Origin: an uncultured Myxococcales bacterium
GTDB taxonomy: Bacteria; Myxococcota; B64-G9
DNA length: 64,000 nt
NCBI GenBank assembly: GCA_964454005.1
Contig: CAYVQE010000010.1
Span: 4,277-68,276, forward strand
Direction of reading: 5' to 3'
Position numbers and translations under genes: made by a program. The notes under the pieces are model-generated. The model searched no databases. It was not told the DNA's origin and was given only the letters and a program-made list of their open reading frames with translations. Below, in pieces: positions 1 to 8,739 of the stretch (position 1 is the stretch's first letter; the number at the start of each line of letters is the position of its first letter).

Positions 1-1810
1 AGCCGGCCGGCCCGAAGGGCTCACCCGCCGCCGGCGGCCGGCCGGCCGGATCACCGGCGATCTCGACCGCGCTGCCGGAGCAAAGGGCGAAAGACAGGGC
101 CACCACGATCAGCAGCAGCAGCCCGGCGATGATCGCCAGGGCGATGGCGTTCTTGCGGGTGGGCTCCAGGCCGAGGAAATCGAATCCCCGATCGAGCATG
201 CCCGGCGGTCCATCCCGCCGCTGGCGGGTCCGGTTGGCCAAGGCGTCGAGGGCGTCGACGGCCCGATCGAGCACCCCGCCCTCGGGGGCCTCGGCCTGCA
301 CGACCGCGGTGGCCTCGCCGGTCGGCTCGGGCTCGTCTTCTCCCGCGGCTGCTGACAGGTCCGGCGGCAGCTGCTCGAACGGAGGTTCCTCTTCGTCGGC
401 CAACAGCCAGTCGACCTGAAACAGCTGGAACTTGTCGCGCTTGCCCTTGAGGCTGACCCGCGAGTGCGGGTTGACGATGTCGCGGTTTCGGGTCAGCTCG
501 CGCTGGGTATCCTCCGACACCAGAATCTGCTCGCCGTCGGCCTTGGCGCACACCCGGGCGGCCACGTTGACCGCGTCGCCATAGGCATCTCCGTACTCCT
601 GGATGGTCTCGCCGGTGTTGATGCCGATGCGGATGTAGATCCGATCGCCCGCGGCGGGGGTCTGCTGGTTGTGCTTTTCCAGCGCCTGTTGCATGTGGAT
701 GGCCGCCTCGACGGCATCGTCCTCGTCGTCGAAAGCGGCCATGATGGCGTCGCCGATGGTCTTGAGAACGCTGCCGCTGTGCTTGCGGATGATCGGGAAC
801 AGCACCTTGTTGTGGCGATCGATGCGCTGGCGGCCGGCCACGTCGCCGTGCTGTTCGAAGAACGAAGTGATGCCGACGATGTCGGAAAACAGCAGGGTGG
901 CCCGCTCCATGGCCTGGGTCGCCACCGGCCCGGCCGCTCGGTTATCCGCATCGGCGGAAGCCGGTTCCAAATCGGCCGCCGCCCGCCGCGGACGGCGCGC
1001 GCGCACCGACACGTCCTCGACCGTATCGAGCAGCTCGGCGGTGAACTCGCCGACGCTGCGGTAGCGGGCCTCCGGGTTGGCGGCGATGGCTGTCAACATC
1101 ACCTGCTCGAGTTCCGCCGGCACCTGCCGGTTGAGCTTCGAGGGTTTGGGCGGCTTGAGGCCGCGGAAGCCGCTGTCCTGGTGCAGCGGACCGCCGGCCT
1201 CCAGCGGTGTGCGCCCGGTGATGCAGCGGTAGAGGATTGCACCCAGCGAATAGACGTCGGCCGCCTGATCGGCCGGCCGGCCGAACAGCACCTCCTGGGC
1301 GGTGAAGGCCATGTCCTCCTGGCTGACGTTGGCCACGGTCTGGCCACCCATGTCGAGCGATCGGGCGTGGCCGAAATCCATCACCGTGACCATGCCATCA
1401 TCGGCTACCATCAGGTTGGCCGGCTTCAAGCCGCGGTGGACGATGCCGGCCTCGTGGGCCGCGGCCACCGCCTCGCCGGCGGCGCCCACGATGCGCAACG
1501 CATCGCCGATGGTCAGCCGCTGGCGGCGGGCCAGCATCTTGTCCAGCGGCACGCCTTCGACCCAATCCATGGTCAAGAAGCGATGGCCTTTTTCTTCGTG
1601 CAGATCGTGGATGCGGCAGATGCCGGGGTGGTTCAGCCGCCGGGTGAGCAGGATCTCGCGGCTGATGGCCTTGTACATCTCGCCGGCGGCCAACGCCGGG
1701 CTGAGAATCTTCAGCCCGACCGGGACCTCGAGCAGGGTATCCTCGGCCCGAAACACCGTGCCGGTCGCGCTGGCACCGAGCTTGCGCTTGATGCGAAAGC
1801 GGCCCAGCAT
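1..1810 (-). CDS. Ser/Thr protein kinase fused to a class III adenylate/guanylate cyclase domain with a C-terminal TM segment; 3' end runs off the left window edge (partial)
   Basis: My own minus-strand translation; the frame is absent from the ORF track because there is no stop inside the window. MLGRFRIKRKLGASATGTVFRAED..., kinase motifs HRGLKPANLMV and VMDFGHA. Then cyclase core LLFSDIVGITSFFEQHGD...GDAIMAAFD...RIGINTGE. Then hydrophobic AIALAIIAGLLLLLIVVALSF. ATG at 1810 (alt GTG 1837) follows an in-frame stop. Confidence 0.85.
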   Translation of the reverse strand, partial: MLGRFRIKRKLGASATGTVFRAEDTLLEVPVGLKILSPALAAGEMYKAISREILLTRRLNHPGICRIHDLHEEKGHRFLTMDWVEGVPLDKMLARRQRLTIGDALRIVGAAGEAVAAAHEAGIVHRGLKPANLMVADDGMVTVMDFGHARSLDMGGQTVANVSQEDMAFTAQEVLFGRPADQAADVYSLGAILYRCITGRTPLEAGGPLHQDSGFRGLKPPKPSKLNRQVPAELEQVMLTAIAANPEARYRSVGEFTAELLDTVEDVSVRARRPRRAAADLEPASADADNRAAGPVATQAMERATLLFSDIVGITSFFEQHGDVAGRQRIDRHNKVLFPIIRKHSGSVLKTIGDAIMAAFDDEDDAVEAAIHMQQALEKHNQQTPAAGDRIYIRIGINTGETIQEYGDAYGDAVNVAARVCAKADGEQILVSEDTQRELTRNRDIVNPHSRVSLKGKRDKFQLFQVDWLLADEEEPPFEQLPPDLSAAAGEDEPEPTGEATAVVQAEAPEGGVLDRAVDALDALANRTRQRRDGPPGMLDRGFDFLGLEPTRKNAIALAIIAGLLLLIVVALSFALCSGSAVEIAGDPAGRPPAAGEPFGPAG

Positions 1811-2011
1811 ACTGCCCGGCTTGGGAAGATCGCCCACTGGTCTGCCCGTTCATCAGCGGTGCAGGGCATTCGCCCACACCTCGGCTTCCCCCGCTCGCGA
1901 TTGCCCGAATCAATAGCAGATCGACGCGGGTGCGGGCAAGCACGCGGTTCTCAACCCAGGATCTCCCATCACTATCTGTCTGATTTCCCAGATCGGCTGC
2001 GAGGTCAAGGA

Positions 2012-2071
2012 AGACCGGCGGATTCAAGCGGAGTCGTAGTCATCTACGTCGAGCATTGAATCCGCCGGTCT
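2012..2071. repeat. 16-bp perfect inverted repeat (agaccggcggattcaa / ttgaatccgccggtct) with a 28-nt spacer that itself contains cgtag-tcat-ctacg; stem-loop between two minus-strand genes
   Basis: Read directly from the sequence. Lies 36 nt downstream of the stop of the 2107..3963 gene and about 200 nt upstream of the kinase start. Confidence 0.6.
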
Positions 2072-2106
2072 GACGCAGAGATCGCGGCCGAGGTGGGAAA
2101 TCAGGA

Positions 2107-3963
2107 TCAACGCCGCAGGCTCGACTCGAGCACCAACTCAAACAGGCCTTCACGGCGCTGGCCGCGCAGCACCAGACCCGGGCCGCTCATCTCGGCCGCC
2201 CGCTGGCCCAGCACGCGACCGATCTGCAGCAACCGCACCAAGGCGTCGCGCAGCTCGCGCTCGGCCGGATCGCCGTCCGGCGACAGCTCGAGCCGATGCA
2301 GATCGGCGATCAGGGCATCGACCGCCGGCTCGTCGTTTTCTGCGCCGATCGAGCGCTGCAGGCGATCGAGCAGGTCGCGGTGGGCCAGCACCAGCAGCGA
2401 AGCCCGCGGGTGCTGGCCCACCAGCGTGGCCAAGGCGCTGCCATCCCGCGCCGCCCCGGCGGCCTGGCGCCGGATGGCAGCGGTCACCGCCGGCCAGCCG
2501 CCGAGGGCCAGGTGGTCGTCCAGCAGGCCCAGCGCCACCGCGCTGGCCGGATCGCGCTGGCCCTGCGGGCCGGATGGGCCCAACAAGAAGACGGTCCGAC
2601 CCTGAAAAGCGCGCCGCTCGATCTGGGCGCCCAGCCGGGGATCGCGAGCGATGGTCTCGTAGACCGCTGTCAGGGCACGCTCGGTGGCCTGCCGATCGCG
2701 AATGCCCAGCAGCAACAACACCCGGTCGAACACGGCCGGGGTGGGCTTTTCGCCGGGGGTCAACAGCAGGTAGAAATCTCCGGCCAGCAGGGACAACAGC
2801 GCCTGGATGTCGTAGCCGGTGGCCGCCCGCAAGGCCGCCTCGGCGGTGCGTTGTTGGCGCAGGGTCTCTTCGGGCAGCCATCGCTCCGCCGTGCGGTAGA
2901 GCGCGGCCACATCCAGCCGCCACAGTACGCCCAGCCCCCGCTCCAGGCCGGTGGCCGGCAGGCGGAACGCCCGCCCGCTGTCGAGCACCAGCCGCGGCAC
3001 CTCCGGCAGCGGTTCGCGGAAGGTCAGACCGGCGGCCACGCCGTAGCGCAACCGGCCGGGCTCGAGTTCGAACACCAGCCGGCCGCCCATGGCCGAGAGC
3101 CGTTCGATGCCGAAAACCCGCAGTGCCTTCTCGGTCTGCCGGTAGGCGTCCTCGGCCGCCTGTCGGGCCAGGCGTCCCTGGGCCCCGCCCAGCTCGTCCG
3201 CTTCGCGCAACGCCTGCTGGTGGCGCTTCTCCATCCCCCGGCGGCCGAGCGCGGCCGCCGCCCGCAGATCGAGCCAGGCGAACCAGGCCGGATCGTCTTG
3301 TGAGAACCAGATGTGATGGGCCGCATCCGCCAATCCTCCAGGCCGGGCGCGGCTCAACGCCCGCCACAGGCGCCGGGGCACCGGCTCGGCCGAGAACAGG
3401 AAACCGTCGGCCTGACCGACGCTGAATCCGTCCTCGTCGAGCTGGATCAACGCGCCGGCGTCCACCGGCAGCTCGCGCCAGAAAGGAGGGCCGGCCTGAT
3501 GTTGCACCAGTCTCTGTTTCAGCGCGTCGATGAACCCCTCGGCCAAGCGGCTGCCGCAGTCGAACACCAGCCCGACGGTGGGCAGCAGCCCCTCCCCCTG
3601 CGTCAGGCCCACCAGGTGCAGGGGGGTGGTCGGCAAGGCGTCGAGCAGGCCGGGTCGAAACCCGTTGTGCTCGGCCAGTATCAACAGGCTCTGCCAGGCG
3701 CGCTCGGCCTGGGCGCCGAAGGCCTCGGCCCGCCGGGCATCGATGAAGCGCAAGAAGTCGCGCATCTGTCCGAGCAGGCGATCGGGTGCCAGCCGCATGA
3801 AGAACTGGGTGTCGGCCGGCAGGCGCTCGGCCAACGACAGTCGGGGTTGCGGCGCGGTTGCGACCCGGGGGCTGGGCGCGTTTGGTTTGCGGTTGGGCTC
3901 GCCGGCGGCGCAAGCGAGCGACAAGGCCGTTCCCAGCAGCGCTGCCATTCGCAGACCGCGCAT
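2107..3963 (-). CDS. hypothetical secreted lipoprotein
   Basis: ORF 2107..3981. Internal ATG at 3963 is preceded by GGAGG. N-terminus MRGLRMAALLGTALSLAC has a lipobox. No recognisable catalytic motifs. Confidence 0.7.
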   Translation of the reverse strand: MRGLRMAALLGTALSLACAAGEPNRKPNAPSPRVATAPQPRLSLAERLPADTQFFMRLAPDRLLGQMRDFLRFIDARRAEAFGAQAERAWQSLLILAEHNGFRPGLLDALPTTPLHLVGLTQGEGLLPTVGLVFDCGSRLAEGFIDALKQRLVQHQAGPPFWRELPVDAGALIQLDEDGFSVGQADGFLFSAEPVPRRLWRALSRARPGGLADAAHHIWFSQDDPAWFAWLDLRAAAALGRRGMEKRHQQALREADELGGAQGRLARQAAEDAYRQTEKALRVFGIERLSAMGGRLVFELEPGRLRYGVAAGLTFREPLPEVPRLVLDSGRAFRLPATGLERGLGVLWRLDVAALYRTAERWLPEETLRQQRTAEAALRAATGYDIQALLSLLAGDFYLLLTPGEKPTPAVFDRVLLLLGIRDRQATERALTAVYETIARDPRLGAQIERRAFQGRTVFLLGPSGPQGQRDPASAVALGLLDDHLALGGWPAVTAAIRRQAAGAARDGSALATLVGQHPRASLLVLAHRDLLDRLQRSIGAENDEPAVDALIADLHRLELSPDGDPAERELRDALVRLLQIGRVLGQRAAEMSGPGLVLRGQRREGLFELVLESSLRR

Positions 3964-3989
3964 GGATCCGCCTCCGTTCATCGACTCCG

Positions 3990-6900
3990 CTATCCCGCCT
4001 GCAGGTAGATGGCCAGCCGGTCATGGATGGCGAAGATCAGGTCCGGTCGACCGTCGCCGTCGACGTCGCCGATGGCGACCGCCCGCGGCTGGGCGCTGCC
4101 CTTTTTGTTCCGTTTGGCGCGATCGGCCAAACCCCTGGAGTACAGCCGATGGCGCATCACGGGGCGCAGCCGGCCCTTTCGCTGGCGCAGGATCTCGATC
4201 ACCGCCTGGCGCCGATCGAAGAGCAGCACCTCGCGCCGGGCATCGCCATCCAGCTCACCGGTGTGCAGGTTCCAGTACTCGAACCGCTCCAGATCGGCAT
4301 CCAGGGCGATGCGCGGCTCGGCGGCCAGCCGACTCGTGCGTGCCAGCAGAACCAACGCCCCGTCCGGGCGCCAGCCCACCAGGTCGGCCCGGCCGTCCCC
4401 GTCGACGTCACCGACGCTCAGCCGGCCCATCTCCACACCGGTCAGATCGGTCTCGGCGCGCCTCCGGAAGCCATCCGCCCCGGCGAGCCGCACCCGCCGG
4501 GCGCTGTGATCGCCGAAAGCGATCAGCTCGGCGCCCGAACCGGCATCGGGAACGGCGACCAGCTGCTCGATGCGTCCATGCTCCCAGGTGAGCTGGCGGG
4601 CGATGTAGAGCCGATCCTTCTCGTCCACCCGCAGCAGCCGCACGAAGCCGGGCTGGACCTGCAGCGCCTCCCGGCGGCCATCGCCGTCGACATCGGCCAC
4701 CAGCAGCTCCCGATCTTTCTCGTCGTTGATCAGACGCTGCTGGTCGGCCACGGCCACGAAGCGGCCGTCGCCCAGACCCAAATACAGGCTCTCCTTGCCG
4801 GAGTAGGCCCAGAAGATGACCGCATCCAGATGCGCATCCTCGTCGAAATGGGCGAAGGCCAAGCGCTCGATCTTGCCATCCAGCCGCGCTTGTTGGTGCT
4901 CTCCATCCGGTCCGAAGGTCAGCGCGCTGCCGGCCACGTCCACCGAGCCGGGGGGCTGCTCGGCCGCGGTGCGGGCCACGCCGTCGGCCGCTGACCACCG
5001 GACCACCTGCCCGCCGCCGTCGCGTTCGAACCAGATCAGCGCCAGCGACTTTGCCCCCTCGCCCGCCAGACCCTCGAGCCGCTCGAGCTGCATGCCCTGG
5101 ACCTCGCCGGCGGTGTGTATCGGCCGCGGAAACGCGATCCGGCCGTCGCGGATGGGGCTGAAGCCGAACAGTGAGTCGCGCGGCGACAGGCTGAACACCA
5201 CCGCCTGGCCGGCGGCGGTGCGGTGGAGCCGGAAGGCCGACAGACCGGCCGGCGCCGGCGAGCGTCGAACCCGGAAGCCGTCGGCGCTGTGGTCGATGAG
5301 CGTGAACTCGCTGCGGTGGCGATCGACGGCCAGCAGCTCGTCCGCTCCGTCGCCGTCGATATCGAGCCCATCGCCGATCGTATCGCCCGCGGTCGGGTCG
5401 CGCCCCGAAGCGACCGGCAGCGAGACCAGGGCGCGCCGCTGGCCACCAGCGGCGCGGCCGGTCACCAGACGCAGCTCGCGCAGCCGGTTGACACCGGCAT
5501 CCAGAGTCAGGAAACGGGGATGGCTGGCCGGGCCGGCCGGCTCCACCGGGCCGCTGATCGGGCAGAACAAGGGCCGGCCGTGGTCGAACCGCCGATCCGC
5601 GGATTGCAGCCTGGCGGTGACGCCTCGATGGGCGGAGCGCACGAAGAGGATCACGTCCAGGCGGCCGTCGCCGTCAGCGTCCTGGAAGGCCAGCTGGAGC
5701 ACTTTGCCCCGCAGCTCCGCCTCGAGCGGATAGCGCCGCCGCTCGCGACCGGACCATAGCACCGCGAAGCTGTCGGGCCCGAGCACGAACAGGTCGAGTC
5801 GGCTGTCGCCGTCGAGATCGACCAGCTGCAGGGCTTGCGGGTGGCCCACCACCTCCAGGTCGGCCAGCCTGCGCACCGGCTCGAAACCGCCGCCGGACCG
5901 ACCGGCCAACAGGGACAAACCACCGGGCTGGCCGGCGAAGACCAGGTCGGCGGTGCCGTCGCCGGTCAAATCCCCGGCGGCCAGCGAGGTGATGCGGCTG
6001 GCCACGGCGATCGAGTCGACCTGGAACCGCCGGCTGGTGGGCAGCCGGTTGATGTCCCAGCCTCCGGCCAGGCCCGCGGGCTCACCGGCGGCCGGCGGAC
6101 TGCGCCGCCGGCGGAGGATTCCGATCTCCGACTTGTTGTTGTCGGCGAACACCACCTCCTGGGCCGAGCCGCCGCCCAGGTCGACCAGGCGCATGCAGCA
6201 CAGGCCGTGACCGACGCGCACGAAGTCCGATCGGTTGAACCGAATGCGGCCATCGGTGGTGCTGATGGGCGGTTCCAGATAGGCGACGCCGGTATTGGGA
6301 TTGTCCTCGTCGTAGGCGAACGCCTCGATGTTGTCCAAAAACTCCTTGACGTAGACGGTCGGGATGGCGAAGCCCAGTCCGTCCAGCAAGACCGCGCCCC
6401 GGCTGATCACCCCGATCACCTGACCGCGGTCATTGAACAGCGGGCCGCCCGAATTGCCCGGGGCGATCGGGGCGGTGGTCTGTAGAAACAGCCGGCCGCC
6501 GATGTTGCGACCGACCTTGGACACGATGCCCTGCGAGGTGGTGCGTTCGAGGCCCAGCGGGTTGCCGATGGCGAAGACCTCGTCGCCGACCCGCATCCGG
6601 CGCGAATCCCCGATCAGCAGCTGCGGAATCTCGACCTCCAGCGCCTGCTCGATCTTGAGCAGGGCCAGGTCCATCTCGGCGTTGACCGCCACGATGCGCA
6701 CCTTGTCGTAGATCTTGCGGCCCAGGCTGTCGCCCCGGCGGGGGAACACCGTCACCCGGATGGTACGCTCGCCGGCCACCACGTGGTGGTTGGTCACCAG
6801 CAGACCGTCCGGGTTGCAAAACCAGCCGGTGCCCAGCCCGCGGGGGGTCTTGACCACCGCCACCGCCTCGCCCAGCTCGGCCACCAGGCTCTGGACGTCG

Positions 6901-7190
6901 CGCACCCGGCGCTGACCGGTGACGTAGGGGCCCGCATCCCGTTCCGCCGTCGCATCGCGTTCCGGCGCGTCAACCGAGCGCAGGGAGCGCACCCGTTCGG
7001 CCTCGAACCGCAGCGCCTCACCACCGACCAGCAGCAGCACACCGCGGTCGTCGCGGCGCAGCAGCTCGCCTTCGACGCTGTCGCCGCCGTTCAGCTCCAG
7101 CCGCACCCGTTCGCCCGCATGCGCCGGCACGGCAACCAGCAACGCGACCAGGCACAACAGAGCGCGCATCGCCACCAGCTCGATGTTCAT
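3990..7190 (-). CDS. trypsin-like (S1/HtrA-type) serine protease domain fused to a long FG-GAP/VCBS-type repeat region
   Basis: Signal peptide MNIELVAMRALLCLVALLVAVPAHA. Catalytic triad contexts VTNHHVV, DLALLKI, GNSGGPLF. Then repeated DxDGDG motifs (DLDGDSRLDLFV, DADGDGRLDVILF, IDGDGADELLAV, DVDGDGRADLV, DVDGDGRPDLIFA). Confidence 0.85.
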   Translation of the reverse strand: MNIELVAMRALLCLVALLVAVPAHAGERVRLELNGGDSVEGELLRRDDRGVLLLVGGEALRFEAERVRSLRSVDAPERDATAERDAGPYVTGQRRVRDVQSLVAELGEAVAVVKTPRGLGTGWFCNPDGLLVTNHHVVAGERTIRVTVFPRRGDSLGRKIYDKVRIVAVNAEMDLALLKIEQALEVEIPQLLIGDSRRMRVGDEVFAIGNPLGLERTTSQGIVSKVGRNIGGRLFLQTTAPIAPGNSGGPLFNDRGQVIGVISRGAVLLDGLGFAIPTVYVKEFLDNIEAFAYDEDNPNTGVAYLEPPISTTDGRIRFNRSDFVRVGHGLCCMRLVDLGGGSAQEVVFADNNKSEIGILRRRRSPPAAGEPAGLAGGWDINRLPTSRRFQVDSIAVASRITSLAAGDLTGDGTADLVFAGQPGGLSLLAGRSGGGFEPVRRLADLEVVGHPQALQLVDLDGDSRLDLFVLGPDSFAVLWSGRERRRYPLEAELRGKVLQLAFQDADGDGRLDVILFVRSAHRGVTARLQSADRRFDHGRPLFCPISGPVEPAGPASHPRFLTLDAGVNRLRELRLVTGRAAGGQRRALVSLPVASGRDPTAGDTIGDGLDIDGDGADELLAVDRHRSEFTLIDHSADGFRVRRSPAPAGLSAFRLHRTAAGQAVVFSLSPRDSLFGFSPIRDGRIAFPRPIHTAGEVQGMQLERLEGLAGEGAKSLALIWFERDGGGQVVRWSAADGVARTAAEQPPGSVDVAGSALTFGPDGEHQQARLDGKIERLAFAHFDEDAHLDAVIFWAYSGKESLYLGLGDGRFVAVADQQRLINDEKDRELLVADVDGDGRREALQVQPGFVRLLRVDEKDRLYIARQLTWEHGRIEQLVAVPDAGSGAELIAFGDHSARRVRLAGADGFRRRAETDLTGVEMGRLSVGDVDGDGRADLVGWRPDGALVLLARTSRLAAEPRIALDADLERFEYWNLHTGELDGDARREVLLFDRRQAVIEILRQRKGRLRPVMRHRLYSRGLADRAKRNKKGSAQPRAVAIGDVDGDGRPDLIFAIHDRLAIYLQAG

Positions 7191-7369
7191 CCGCCCATTC
7201 CGTCCTTCCCCGCCCCATTCGGCCACCGTAGCAGATCGGCCCGCCCGGCGCACCCGTCAGCCGCCGCTGCCCCACCACCTCTTCTGGCTGTCAATCCGGG
7301 AGCGAACCGGTCTCGCCCCGCACCCCAGATGCGGGTGTCGACACCCATTCGAGGGGGAAAACCGACACC

Positions 7370-7627
7370 TCAGAGGTCTTCGATGGCGCGCAGCTCGGCG
7401 GCCCGCTCCAGTTCGCGGCTGGTATGGCGGATGCGCAAGGTCACCCGCTGCGGGCGGCCTGCGGCCGACAGCACGATCTCGGTCCTGGGCGTCTGCCAGG
7501 TGGTGGTCAGCGCCAACCGGCGCTCGAACGTCACCGCCACCGCGGCCAGCCGCTCGTTCTGAAACTCGAACTTCACCGTGGCCGGGCGTTCGGCCACCTC
7601 TCGCTGCAAGCGCAAGTCGCCGCTCAC
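7370..7627 (-). CDS. small hypothetical protein (85 aa), GTG start overlapping the upstream stop (GTGA)
   Basis: In-frame part of ORF 7370..7942. Strong G/C at third codon positions. GTG at 7627 overlaps the TGA of the Cys-rich lipoprotein gene. No homology recognised. Confidence 0.45.
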   Translation of the reverse strand: MSGDLRLQREVAERPATVKFEFQNERLAAVAVTFERRLALTTTWQTPRTEIVLSAAGRPQRVTLRIRHTSRELERAAELRAIEDL

Positions 7628-8628
7628 TCCGTGCACCAGGCCACCGTGCGCCCGTCGGCGGTGGCGCTGGAGCAACCGGTCAGCCCCTTGGCCTTGCAGT
7701 CCAGGCTGGCCACCTCGCCCAGGGCGCAGAAGGTGATCACACCGCCGGCGCAGCTCTCGTCGTAGCTGTCGACGCGGCATTCGTTGGCTTCGGCCACGCA
7801 GCTCATTCCCGCGAGCTGGGCGTCCGGGCCGCAGGTCAGCTCGGGGGCCAGCTGGCTGCAGTCCAGCCGGGCTTCCTTGCCCTCGCGGCAGCTGACCGCG
7901 ACGTCGCCCTCGCAGACCGTCGCGAAGGACTCCTCGTCGCAATTGGCCCCATCGCCGATGCAGGTCACCTCACCATCGGCGCCGCTGCCGCAGGTGCCGC
8001 CGGCCTCGAGGGTACACTCGAAGCCACCGGCACTGCCCGAGCACGAGACGCTCTGTTCGTAGCGGCAGTCCCGCGCCTGCCAGACGCCGGAATCAGTGCA
8101 CGCGAGCAGCAGCTCGCCGTCGCAGCGCGCCTCGTCGCTGTCCGGATCGCAGGTGCTCTCGCCGCAATCGGCCTCACCGTCGCGCTCGCCGCAGATCAGG
8201 TCGGCCGCAGCGCAGTCGAACGCATCCGGCGGCGCCTCGTCGTCCTGCCAGCACTCGACCAGCACGTCGCCGACGCAGATCTGGTCATCGCCGTGGCCGT
8301 AACAGGCGGCGGTCTGCTCGGTATCGGCCTGCACGCAGGCGCGCACTCCTTCACAGTCGCGGGCCCGATCCACGCAGTCGAGCAGAGAGGCAGTCAGCGC
8401 CACGTCCGAGCCGCGGTCGCGGCCGGCCGCCCGGTCGTACAGATAGAGCATGGCACACTGGCCACCGAAGCTCTCGTGCTCGCCCTCCGCGGCCATGCAG
8501 GCCGAGACCAGAGCACAGGTGTCATAGTAGGACTTCAACGGTCCACCGCCGCCGGAATCGCAACCGGCGCAGACAACGAGCACCAGCGCTGAGCCGATCG
8601 AAGCGGCGGTTGTGAGTAACGCGCGCAT
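7624..8628 (-). CDS. cysteine-rich secreted lipoprotein
   Basis: MRALLTTAASIGSALVLVVCAGC lipobox. More than 35 Cys in repeated D/E-rich C..C modules (myxobacterial Cys-rich repeat style). Confidence 0.8.
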   Translation of the reverse strand: MRALLTTAASIGSALVLVVCAGCDSGGGGPLKSYYDTCALVSACMAAEGEHESFGGQCAMLYLYDRAAGRDRGSDVALTASLLDCVDRARDCEGVRACVQADTEQTAACYGHGDDQICVGDVLVECWQDDEAPPDAFDCAAADLICGERDGEADCGESTCDPDSDEARCDGELLLACTDSGVWQARDCRYEQSVSCSGSAGGFECTLEAGGTCGSGADGEVTCIGDGANCDEESFATVCEGDVAVSCREGKEARLDCSQLAPELTCGPDAQLAGMSCVAEANECRVDSYDESCAGGVITFCALGEVASLDCKAKGLTGCSSATADGRTVAWCTE

Positions 8629-8739
8629 GGCAACCTCCCGGATTCAGGACGCAGGGAAACGGGCCGCCCGGCCCTTCCGATTCGTAACACCGCGCCCGAA
8701 AAGGGTCAATGCGGACACGAATCGCGGGCTGCTTCGCAG

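Noticed and set aside
464-2059. 531-aa plus-strand ORF, plus several overlapping ORFs in 51..2027
   Set aside because: It lies antisense to a clearly recognisable kinase/cyclase reading frame. The translation is Arg/Gly/Ala-rich with no motifs, a typical high-GC shadow ORF.
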